A stretch of DNA of 64,000 nt from Rhina ancylostomus (taxonomy: Eukaryota), in NCBI GenBank assembly GCA_030265395.1, contig JARFYF010000017.1, positions 30,599,684 to 30,663,683 on the forward strand, given 5' to 3'. A program made the translations under genes and the position numbers. The notes under the pieces are model-generated. The model was not told where the DNA came from. It did no database searches and worked only from the letters and a program-made list of their open reading frames with translations. The stretch's first letter is position 1, and each line of letters begins with the position of its first letter. This document shows, in pieces, positions 24,666 through 36,110 of the stretch.

Positions 24666-27359
24666 GCTTACTTTCCACCTATTTCGTAGTTTACAATCTT
24701 AAAATAACTACTCATTTTCTGTTAAAAATTATGCACAGATTAATTTACTAGAAACTTATCAAAATTGCTCATTTAGAACACATACTGTTTTCATTTTCAT
24801 TAGACTGTTACTAATAACTGAGTATTATTTTGTGCAAAATAATTCAATGAGCATGAATTAGCAGACTCTATTCAGATCCCATATTTTCCACTTTGCAACA
24901 TCCAAACGACTGAGCTAGTTAGCAAGACTCCACAGTAGGAGGTAAAGTACTTGCATGGTAAGTGGATATGACAAAACTAAAATTATGTTTTTTCTTATTT
25001 TCCTCTATGCCACTTTAATGAAATCCAAAAGCTATCTCTACACTAATTCAGGATTCATTATGCATTGAATATTTCTGTATTCCAGGCTAATAATGGTTGA
25101 GGCAGAGTTGTTTTATTTTATTCCATTCTAAAGTATACTGTTGAAGTGCACTAGAATGTTTGAACTAGTAATGCCTGAGGTAAAAGTAATTAATGGTCAC
25201 ATACTGGAAGACTAACCACTAGATTCCAAAGGGGGAGGAGGAAAAAAAGAATTAACAGGGGGCTTTGTTTATAAAGCAACTGTCGGTCCTTAGCCTCCAG
25301 CTGTTTTCAAATGAAACCCCAAGCTATACGGGTATGTACAAAAACCCATTGCCTCAAATTTCATAGCATTGAGTTCCAGCACTCTGCCTTCACACTATGC
25401 AGGTCATATATGGAATCTATGGTAAGTTCTTGGGGAATGAGCAGACTTTATGTTCATAACAACTTCATCTTGAAAACCTCTTAAATTTCCCTTGTTTCTC
25501 TATTTAGTCAATTCATGGCACAGTCTGTTACTTCATCAGCTACTGCCCCCAACGCCCTCACAACAGCTGTGGGCTTAATTATCAAAATAGCAGTTTAATA
25601 GTCTCATAACTGAACTCACTTCACAACACACTAATGGAGATGCTACACAGATTTCTTTTACACCTTTCCCCAAATTTACTAATAAGATATGCATAAGTAG
25701 AGCTATCTGTGTAATTACTATTTACTAATAAAAGCATCCTCCCCCACCGCCATTAATTCCATGTATACTGTTTTTATTCAAAAGACTATCAGATCCACGT
25801 ACATTTAAATGGTCAAGGTTCCTACGCACAAAATCTCAGTAGGTACTGCATTATCAGAGTATCATTAGAAAAGTCTAATATATTTGTTTCTTTATTAGTT
25901 AAGACAATGTCAATAACTCTTTCATGGCCAGACCTCCTCTCTCAAGAATGAAGTGCGGGGAGAAAAAAGAGCTTTATTTCTCCAAGACGTTTCTGCAAAT
26001 ACATTCATGCATCTATTTCAGCTTTGGATTTACAGTGATGTTAGTCTGAAAATGGCTAGAATCACTGACATAAACAGAACCTATAACTCTTAATGTCAAC
26101 TTTATAAATATATTCCTTTTGCACATGGTTATGTCTTAGTAACCATCTAATGGGGACTATATTCTATGTCTCAAAATACACTGATTTCTAACTCAAAGAA
26201 AATATGTCTATATTTAAAATCATGACATTAGAATTTTGAGTATCAAAACCCCATACTGATCTTTCAGAAATTTTGAAACAAATTTTAGTTCCTCTAATTT
26301 CAGTAGTGCAATGTTTAGTAACCATTTTAAAATGGCATTGTATTTGGCAAATCAGAGGATTTATTGTTTCAGAAGGACAACTGTATTAAATCATTCTTTA
26401 CACAATAGCACTGTTGTAACATTTGTTGAAAAGGATCCATATTGTTCTCAAGGTGTCCAAAAGCATTTTATAACCATTGTATTATCTTTTGAAATTGTAG
26501 AAAGAAATATAAAATAAACAATTTACACATTGCAATATCTAACAAATAGCAAATAAATGAATAACTGCATGTTTTATTTGAAAGAGGAATATTGGCCAGG
26601 TTACAACAATGCAGCCGTTATGGAGCAAGATTAACAATACATTGCTCAAGAATTCACATTATAACATGATGAAGCTACTGACAATCTTTTATGGGTTTTT
26701 GTAGAAATGTAGCATTTTCTATTGATATGAAACTATGTAGAATTCCCTTTCATCTAAATATTGCACATTTTCTCAAATAAATTTGAAAAGTGAGAATTTT
26801 CCAAAAGTCACATTGAAAATTCTTTGTATTAAATGGGAGGTGCAAAATTGCAGTGTAATTATGACTATTTTAAACAGTAATTCTGGTCATGAAGCTTAAT
26901 TTTCTTGCTAATGTTCATGAACATGAAGTCAATATTTAAAAAAGCAATGCAACTGTTCAATAAAATTACATTCTTCAAAATGAAATGCTATTCAAACTAT
27001 AACTGACACTTCAGAATCAGACTGTCATCACTTTTCTTGCATTAAACAGGTAATTATTTAATTATTACTTTAGACCATGTAACTTAAGTACAAAATTCAG
27101 CACAGGAATGTACAATTCCCTCGTGCAGGTTTACACAAGAAGAAAATATTAGCTAGAATTTTCCACTTGTTCATAGCTGTGCTACAAGGAATGTATGGGG
27201 CAAGAGATGGGGGAACTGATGATCACCATGGCAGAAACTCTACTCCTCCCCCCTTCTCACCAATTAACTTTACATTTCTGAATAAGGATTTTTCAATCAT
27301 TTTTAGAAATAGCAGTCATTGCAAATGTTATACCAATAATAAAAGAAATAAGAACTCAG

Positions 27360-27897
27360 CAAAGATTTGGTTCATACATCCCTAGGTTTGTCTGTTTTTC
27401 CATTGCACCATTTACGTTATACTGTCTTTCCTCATTCTTCCTAACAAAAGGGATCATTTCACTGGGTTCAATTCCATGATGATATGACTGCCCNNNNNNN
27501 NNNNNNNNNNNNNNNNNNNNNNNNNNNNNNNNNNNNNNNNNNNNNNNNNNNNNNNNNNNNNNNNNNNNNNNNNNNNNNNNNNNNNNNNNNNNNNNNNNNN
27601 NNNNNNNNNNNNNNNNNNNNNNNNNNNNNNNNNNNNNNNNNNNNNNNNNNNNNNNNNNNNNNNNNNNNNNNNNNNNNNNNNNNNNNNNNNNNNNNNNNNN
27701 NNNNNNNNNNNNNNNNNNNNNNNNNNNNNNNNNNNNNNNNNNNNNNAGATGGACTAGTGAAATGGGCAGTCATATCATCATGGAATTGAACCCAGTGAAA
27801 TGATCCCTTTTGTTAGGAAGAATGAGGAAAGACAGTATAATGTAAATGGTGCAATGGAAAAACAGACAAACCTAGGGATGTATGAACCAAATCTTTG
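27360..27897. repeat. 134-bp inverted repeat flanking a 253-N gap
   Basis: 27360-27493 is the reverse complement of 27764-27897 with one visible mismatch. Confidence 0.93.
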
Positions 27898-28520
27898 ACA
27901 ACGAAAGAGCAGGTTGAGAATGATGCCAAAATCTGCATGGGACCCTTGGCTTTATTAAAGTAGGCATTGAGAATAAAGATAACAAATTTATATCAGATCT
28001 TTACAGCATGTTTTGGTCTTTACCAGAGTTTTATGGCAAACCCTGAAATATATATTTTAGGAAGCTTGTCAAGACCTTGCAGAAATTTACTAAAATGGTA
28101 TCTGGGAATGAGGATCGTCTGCTCAGTGCTGCAACTAGAAAGCTTCAGATTGTTCACCTTAAACCTGAGAAAATTAAGAAGAAATGTGATGGTATTCAAA
28201 ATTATAAACAGCTCTGATACAGGAAATAAAGAGAAACTAATTATAGTCACTGAGGCAATGCTGATCATGGGACTAAAAATGACTTCAGGAGAAAAATAAT
28301 TTCAGTAATTTGATGTTTTCTGGACTACTTTGTCTGAAAGTGTTTTGGAAGATTCAATGCTAATTTTTCAAAGGGCATTGGGAAAGCTCTTGAAGAAAAA
28401 AAGCAGTTAAGGTGGTTACAGTGACACAGCAATGGACTAAAACTAATTTAACAGGTATTTGAAGGTGTGGATATAGGAGAGATGGGCTGAATGGCCGATT
28501 TCTGCCCCATATATGATTTT
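27747..28520 (+). mobile_element. Decayed CR1 LINE 3' fragment
   Basis: DGLVKWA..MELNPVKxx..GRMRKDS resembles CR1 DxLVKWAxxWQMEFNPEKC..FGRKN; tail gatgggctgaatggccgatttctg. Confidence 0.78.
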
Positions 28521-30621
28521 CCCTCCACCTGCAGAAAAAGAAGTCATGAAAAGAAAGTTACAATTAAGCTGCTCTGATAAGTCTCCCTGGTGATTTTATA
28601 GAGGGCCATTTGGCATGTCAACCTTGACTGGCGGCAGTATTTCAGCCCTGATCTCACAGCTGAGACACTAAGACAGTTGGGGTAAAAACCTTAATATTTT
28701 TAAAAAACTCAAAATACAGCACTGAGGTAATAAAAACATCATTCAGTGTAGCTTCTATTGTCCTGATAATATTAACAACCCGTTTACTAAGAACAATTAA
28801 GACACATGGTATAATCTAATACCCAGACTTTTACTGAGACAAATCTGTTGACTCACACTGAAAATATTCTCATTGACATTGATGTTAACACAATAAACTT
28901 GTAATAAAACAAAAAATGCAGTACATTGTAATAAAGAATCAAATACATACATGTAATTAATACAGCAAATTAATATATTATTTGAAAAATATGCTGCTTA
29001 ACGAGTTTTAAGAAGAAGCCCAGTGCAATTAATTTTCTATGTGCATTTCTCTCTTTTGAACTGATTTACAAATAATTTTTTAGGTATTTTCAAGTACCCC
29101 TACACTATAATATGCAAATAGAGATAGGGAAATTATATTAAATAATTCTTTATTAAAAATTCAATGGCACTTCAATGCTGTTAATTACAAAATAAATACA
29201 GGGGAAGGAGCAAGGATGTCTAAATGTGGCAGCAGGTAAGAAGGCACAGGTGGGAAAATGATATTATTTAATTGTGAAACATGGACTGTGTGACATGATA
29301 GGTTATAGTGGCTTGTGGAAGTCATATTGTGTTGTTCCTGTTAATCATTATTGCCTATAACCCAGATATTCCGAATAAAATACATGCAGTATTTTAATCC
29401 TAAGGTTTCATGACCTGAACCATGGTATAATATGTGACATGTAGTTTTGAATCAACTCTTATGATTTTTCTATTATAAGTTATTATAAAATATTGTGAGA
29501 CAGTTACTAAACCTTAAACCTAATTTTATGATGTTGAACTTTAGGTGGTAATATGGGCATCCAACAAAAGAGCGCAATGCAAACTGACAGCCTGTTTTAC
29601 ACCACTTTCAGTGGAAAAAGAAATAGAGGTTTTATAAAATGCACTGCCAATTTTCTACCATCCATTTTGCACTTTAGCCAAAGTGTATTTGACATCACTT
29701 TTACCTTTCTTGTTTCAGAGCTGAGGGAGTTAAGCTAACAATGAAAATAGTATTAAGTGAAACAATACAAGTTTTCCTTTCATAAAACAGAATGTTAAAT
29801 GTAAAGGTTTTTTAGAAAACAGTACACTGCAAAAAATAATATACATTTTGCAATAAATACTTCAAATGTTTAAAATTAGATGCAGAACCTTAAATAGGAG
29901 CTTTCAAAGCATAAGTCAAAGTTTCAGAACAACCAATTAATGACATAAGTCCATTTTATAAACACTCCAGCATATTAAATAATCTTTGATCTGAATTTGT
30001 TCTGGAAAGGTTTGTTCCCATCACTCTTCAAACCTCTAGTTAACCTATGAACACATTGAGTCTTTGTAATGTGACCAAACCATTACTGTTTGATGAATGG
30101 CACGGTGTGCAGAACAATGAGGTGCAAGGTCATTTCGGCTCACTAGAGTGCACTGAAGGTGAAAAGGGAAATTGTGTACTATCAAAAAGAACAGCTCTTA
30201 AACAAAGTTACTGCTCCCAAATTAATGTTGTGGAGGGAGGAAAGATAATTCACACAGATCAAATCTGCAGTTTAAGAAAATGTATTTTTTTGAATGGTAA
30301 AACTGAACTTCATTTCCACATGAAACTTGTTTAAGACAAAGCAACAATAGAGATTAAAAGAAAAGGTACGTAACTAAAGGAGGAAAAGAAAACCCAGTGG
30401 GTTGTAAAGAGCTAGCCCTGGCTGGCAGTACTGAAGGGAACGGCCAGCTTTTAGTCACTCCCAGGTAAGACCTGAGCATATTCAAACCCACTGAAGGTCT
30501 AAGACAAACTGAGTGACAGATGCCAGCACAGCTGTTACTCTGCTCCATCGCTGGACTCTATCTCAAGTCCAGTGGCAGAAACTGATTACACTGGAGAATC
30601 TGCCCATGCAATCCTAACGGA

Positions 30622-30810
30622 TTCAAGAGACTGCAGATACTGGAATCTGGAGCAACAAATAAAATGCTAGAGGAACTCAGTGCGTCAGGCAGCATCTGTA
30701 GACGGAAATGGGCAGTCAATGCTTTAGATTGAGACCTGAAACTTTGACTGTCCATTTCCCTCCACAGATGCTGCCTGACCCACTGAGTTCCTCCGACATT
30801 TTGTTTGTTG
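30622..30810. mobile_element. PLE-terminus-derived fold-back mini-element with arms of about 67 bp
   Basis: caacaaataaaatgctagaggaactcagtgcgtcaggcagcatctgtagacggaaatgggcagtcaa pairs with ttgactgtccatttccctccacagatgctgcctgacccactgagttcctccgacattttgtttgttg. Confidence 0.85.
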
Positions 30811-31814
30811 TGCAATCTTAAGCCTTCTTGGTGAAGGACTAGCAACTCATTGACTTGAATGGTGATTCTCAGCCCTGTAGAATGTGGGAGTAGTATGTAG
30901 GTTCAGTAACTTTATTTTCCTTATTTTACTTTATTTGTTTTTGTTTAATGATTTGAAGTAACCTTTATAGTCAGACATTAAAATCTGTGACAGGTCGACT
31001 GGAGACAAAGCTCCATCTCCTGCCTTGCCTCCTGGCAGGATGATCGAGGGGCAAGGCCTCAGAAGTAAACCATCCTAGACTGGCTACACCTTGCTGATGC
31101 CTTCCAGGTACAGAAGGTCATGTCCTTTGGTCCTACTCAGCTGTCCCAGGTAAGTGCAAAACAAAACCACCATGATTTAGCCCAATGTAACATTTAATGT
31201 AATATATCTTTCAACTAACCCATGTAGCATTGCTCTGTGATGCAACATCAACAATTTAAATTATATTGATTAATATCACAGTGTATAAAGATAAATTGGT
31301 AATCAATAAATCCAGAGTGCAATGCACACAAGCTTCATAGAGAGTTTACAAGGGCATCAAGATGATTCAGTTAAACAACAAAAATAGGCAGCAAATTCCC
31401 TTTCCACAGTACACCAATACCAGATCTACAATCAGTAAAAAAAACATAGAAACAAGGACATTAATGAACATTTACACTGCTGCACCAGAGTTGCAGCTTC
31501 CCCCCCCCCAACTACTATCCCTTTTTGACATTGTTGTCAATATCCAGCATTTGTGGCTGCAGGCTCTTATTGGTCCTGGTAAATACCAAGAAGCTTCAAG
31601 AAGAATAAAATGTTTAAATGCTTTTACAGATGCTGCAGCTCTCAGATTTTGTGACCTCTCTCATAGAGCAGTTTCAAATAACAATGGTTTATAAATAAAG
31701 GCAAGTTGGAGTCCTTAAATAAAATGTTATTTTATTTCAAAGAACAGAATTTTTAAGTTGGTCAGTTGCAATTTATTCCTGACCATTTACAACAAATCCA
31801 ACTTGGCATTTTCC

Positions 31815-32115
31815 ACACAACAAAGTAAGCCCTTTTGGCTCATCGAGTCTTTGCTGGCTCTCAGAGCAATCCCATTCTCCCATTAAATCTCCCATCAACA
31901 TTCCCCAGGTCCTCTATATTATTTGAACATAACAGGTAATTTACAATGGTTAATTAACCTACATCTTTGCAATGAGAGAGAAAACTGGAGCACCTGACGG
32001 AAACCCATGCAGTTACTGAACATGCAAACTCTGCACAGACAGCACCCGAGGTTGGGATTGAACCTGGGTTTCTGGAGCTGAGAGGCAGCAGCTCCACTAG
32101 CTGCATCACTGTGCC
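31815..32115 (-). mobile_element. HE1-like tRNA-derived V-SINE with a CR1-type tail
   Basis: Minus head ggcacagtgatgcagctagtgg (A box), ggttcaatccc (B box), V-domain gagtttgcatgttc..gggtttccgtcaggtgctccagttttc, tail gactcgatgagccaaaagggc. Confidence 0.85.
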
Positions 32116-32245
32116 ACGCACTTGTTTGCCAACAATGTATTTTGATTTAGTTTGCAAAGATTTTATGGCCATTAAATTTCACACCCTTGGCAAATACTCA
32201 GCTTTCAGATGTAAAGGAATGGAGGTGCAGGGTGTTTTCTCTGTA

Positions 32246-32737
32246 GCACAAACAAGGTGCTGGAGGAACTCTGCTGGCCAGGCAGCATCTGTGGAGAGAA
32301 ATGGACAGTCAATGTTCTGGGTGGAGACCCTGAATCTGGACTGAAAGATCAAGGGGAGGTAAATAGTATCAAGATGTGAAGGGGTGGAGCAAGAGCTGGC
32401 AAGCAACAGGTGTTAGGCAGATGGAGGAGGAAAAGAGTGGAAATAGTGACAGAGGCTAGGAGGTGATAGGTGGAGGTAACGAAGGGCTGAAGATGATGGA
32501 ATTTGATCGGTAAGGGAGGTGGGAAGGGCAGATGGGAACAGAGGAAGGAGGGGATTGAGTGTAAGTGATGGGCAGATGGAGTGGTGGAGGGAAGCAAAGA
32601 AAAAGTGTATTGGCAGGCTGGGATAAGCATTGGAGGACCTGAGTAGATCAGGAGAGAGAAAAGGGATAAAGGAGGAGCAGTTTGCCTGAAATTGGAGAAT
32701 TCAATGTTCATGCCATCAGGTTGTACACAACCTTAGT
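32246..32737 (-). mobile_element. Penelope-like element 3' end
   Basis: Minus translation QPDGMNIEFSNFR (PLE ORF end), pyrimidine-rich 3' region and terminal repeat shared with the mini-elements. Confidence 0.85.
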
Positions 32738-32894
32738 ACCCTTCTTACAACAGTCCATAGATTGCTTCCAGAAAGGCACCTGTCCCTAAAACATGGATTG
32801 TTTTTTTACCACTGAAATGGTAAAAAAAGCCCTGTCACTGACTACCAGTGCTCTTTTTCTCACAAGGGCAGTTGTGTTCATTAACAACTAAATT

Positions 32895-33122
32895 ATCAGA
32901 GGGGAAATTTTTTCTTAAAAGTAGTAACTTGTGATCTGCAATGTAGAGTGTGGAAGGAAGCAGATTCAACAGTAACTTTCCAGGGGCTATTGGGTCTGAA
33001 TGAAATCTAGACAGTTAAAGGGCTATGGAAAATGAGCAGTGGAGTGGGACTAATTAGAGAGCCCTTCAAAGGCGGGCATAGGGTCAGTGGACCGAATGGC
33101 CTCCTTCTGCTCTGTGTGATTT
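32895..33122 (+). mobile_element. CR1 3'-end fragment
   Basis: ggaagcagattcaacagtaactttc..gggctatggaaaatgagcag..ggaccgaatggcctccttctgctctgtgtgatt. Confidence 0.75.
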
Positions 33123-34317
33123 TTTTCATTAACATTCTACCATTGGAGCTGTGCAAGGCATTTCCCGAACAAATGCCATTATAGTCAGATTAGGTAATGA
33201 CTGTTTTAAGATTCCATCTACGTGAATTCCTCAATAGTTGATTCTGGTAAATGGCTTCCAGTTTCCACGAGTATTAATGACAATAGGTGCTCATTTAGAG
33301 CTCCGTGTTAAGAGGCTGGCAATAGCCCTTGTAACTGCCAACACCAGCCACTCCCAGCTGCTGTAAGGTTCAAGATTGTGTGATCCAAGTGACTCCAGCA
33401 GAAAGTTCAAAGGTCTGAAAAGGTAAGCCAAATGTTTTGTTCCCAAGTGCTTCATTTCTTCTTCTAGGTTGGGAACTCTGTTCTCTGTTTGCTGTAGAGT
33501 CCCATAACCAGCAGCCTTTAGCACTTCTGCTGGATTCCAACATTGGCAATCACTTCTGCAGGTTTGGGCACTGGCCCCAAAGGTGCTGAACGAGTGCCGA
33601 GAACAAGTCAGAACAACAATGATAACCAGTGCCTACAAAACGAGTAGAGACAGAATACTTTAGGTGCATTCCATTTGACCTGCACTCAGATACAGGTGGG
33701 AGGTTGGAAGGAAGTATTAATATTCGGACTAAGATTTCTAAATTTATCATATACACCAGAATAAACTTTCAATTTTCCAAAATAAATTTTCAATAAAACT
33801 GTAAGATTTGCTTTTACCACTTCATAATAAATGAACAAATTTGGAAAAGTTGTTCTACACTACTGTACATTCTCCAGTACAAAAATGATATTTGCCATAG
33901 AGAGAAAAGTACCAAAATCAGAGAAATAGGGACATCTTTGACAGTTTGGCATCCTTGTGGATTACTTGCCCAAACTTCTTTTCATGAGGAACATTTCCTG
34001 CTGTAAAGTTAACTTCTTATGTAACAATTCAAATTGACTGTTATGTGTAAAAAGACATTTCTCTGAATATGCGTTTATGATTCAAGTAAAACATGATGCT
34101 TTGGATCGGTTGTATAATTTTATTTAATTATCATGAAAATATGACTATGAGTTACATCAGCAGGACATGTTAGATTCACAGTTTCAACACTATGAATTTT
34201 ATCATAGTTTCACTTTGTCAACTTCTCTGTTACCTCATCAAAAATTCAGTCAAATGATTCAAAAACCATTTGCCCTTAAAAAAATCTAAACTTCTCCAGG
34301 AGCTTATTTTAATTACA

Positions 34318-34470
34318 TAAAACAGAAAATACTTGAAATATTCAGCAGGTCAAGCAGCATTTGTGGAAAAAAAAAGTTAACATTTCAAGCCAATGATCAG
34401 AGCACTTCAGATCAGTGAGCTGAAATATTAGCTGCTTCTTTCTCCACAGGTGCTGCCTGATCTCCTTAGC
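34318..34470. mobile_element. Older PLE-terminus fold-back mini-element
   Basis: aggtcaagcagcatttgtgga / tccacaggtgctgcctgatct arms; same terminus type as 17880 and 34980. Confidence 0.7.
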
Positions 34471-34939
34471 CCTTTGCTCTACTATTATCCCAATAATCAC
34501 TATGGTAACTGAAGTTCTGCAGTATTACCAATCTACATACAGGTTTGCACATCTAGTATTTTCATTGAAAGTTTATTCCTCAGTTTCCCTCATTAGTTGT
34601 GGCCTACAGAATATCCTCATAGTATGATGGTACTCCTCTTGCCTCTTATCACTATTATGACATATTTGCATCTTTGAGTTTTAGATTGTGGAAACTGATA
34701 AAGGAGATCAATCCATCATCTTCAATGAAATAAAGCTTAATGAAAATCAAGTGGTCCTTGACTGTACATTTAACTTTTTTCAAAGAGTATTGTCTGCATC
34801 AGATGTCCTAATTGATTATCTAAAGGCAAGTTAGCTCGGTTCACTATGCTGGCATGTTTAATCTATGATTTCTGAATGTTGGAACCCCTGCCAAGAAATC
34901 CAAAGCAATCCTGATGTTCACAGATATATTTCTTATGCA

Positions 34940-36110
34940 AAAGTAGAAAAGCTGCAGATGTTGGAAATCAGAAATAGAAACAGGAAATGTTCAAAATACT
35001 CAAAATACTCAGCAGGTCATGTAGCATATGCAGGGAAAGAAAACAGCTAACGTTTCAGGTCACCACCTTTCATCAAAACTGAGAAAACTCAGAAATCAAA
35101 CATGTTGTAAGTTGCAAAGAAGCAGAAGGAATGTTGAGAACAAAGGGAATGTCTGTGATTCAGTGGAGACCAAGAGAGACTGAATGACACAATTGGTAGT
35201 GGTGTGCGTTGAGAGAGGATGGTGAAGATTTGTTAATCACAGCGGATCAACCTGGAGAAGGTGTAAATAGAATTCAACAAATGAAAACAGAGGAGGATAG
35301 AGAAAAGAAACCAATGCCGAAACAGTAATATGTGCAGAGGAGAAGTTAAACTGCAAATGCTAGAAATCTGAAATAAATACAGAGAATGCTCTTACCACTC
35401 AGCAGGTCAAGCAGCATGAGTGGTATTGGTATTTCAGATGAACTAGCCTGTGCTGATATGAACTGGAAAATTTAGTTATCTGAAATTGTTGAATTCAATG
35501 TTAAGTCCACAGGGCTCTAATCTGCCAAGCTCTCAATTTCCACCCCATAAACTCCACCAGCTTCAAAATGATCCCACGACTAGATCACCCTTCTACCTTC
35601 AACATTCAATAGGGACCACTTCCTTTATGCTGTTCTGGTTCAATCTTCCACCTTCACTGACATATATTCCTTTTCTCAAAGCCAGTTTTTCTGCCTTTTC
35701 ATCTTTTCCCTCTCCCACCACCCAGGTACCCAAACACTCATTCCAGGTGAAACAGCAATTCACTTGCATCTCTTATAATTTAGTGCTGTGCATTCAGTGC
35801 ATATGAACATGGTCTTCTCTGCACCAAGCACAGACTGGGTTACTGCTTTTAGAATACCTCTGTTCAGTCTGCAGGGGTAACCCTGAACTTCCATTTGCCT
35901 GTCATTTTAATTCTCCATCCTGCTCCTACTCTGACCTCTCCAGCTTTAGCCTCTTAAACAAACAAAACCCAATGCATTGCACCTTCTGACTAAACATGTT
36001 TCAGCCCTCAGGACTCAACAATAAATTCAACATGTTCAGGACTCTTTCTCTCTGAACAAATGCTTCTTGAGCTGCTGCTTGCTTCCAGCATTTCCTACTT
36101 TTATTTTGCA
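34940..36110. mobile_element. Penelope-like element with an inverted partial copy (minus 3' end joined to a plus GIY-YIG domain)
   Basis: Minus LGRLEPCGLNIEFNNFR* near 35480-35530. Plus QVPKHSFQVKQQFTCISYNLVLCIQC..HRLGYCF..PELPFACHFNSPS..SGLNNKFNMF at about 35720-36040. Terminal repeats at both ends. Confidence 0.82.

Noticed and set aside
32040-32115. tRNA gene (A and B boxes)
   Set aside because: It is the tRNA-derived head of the V-SINE; no cloverleaf.
33287-33422. Plus-strand exon-like segment ending in AAG|GTAAGC
   Set aside because: Weak acceptor and stops in all frames.
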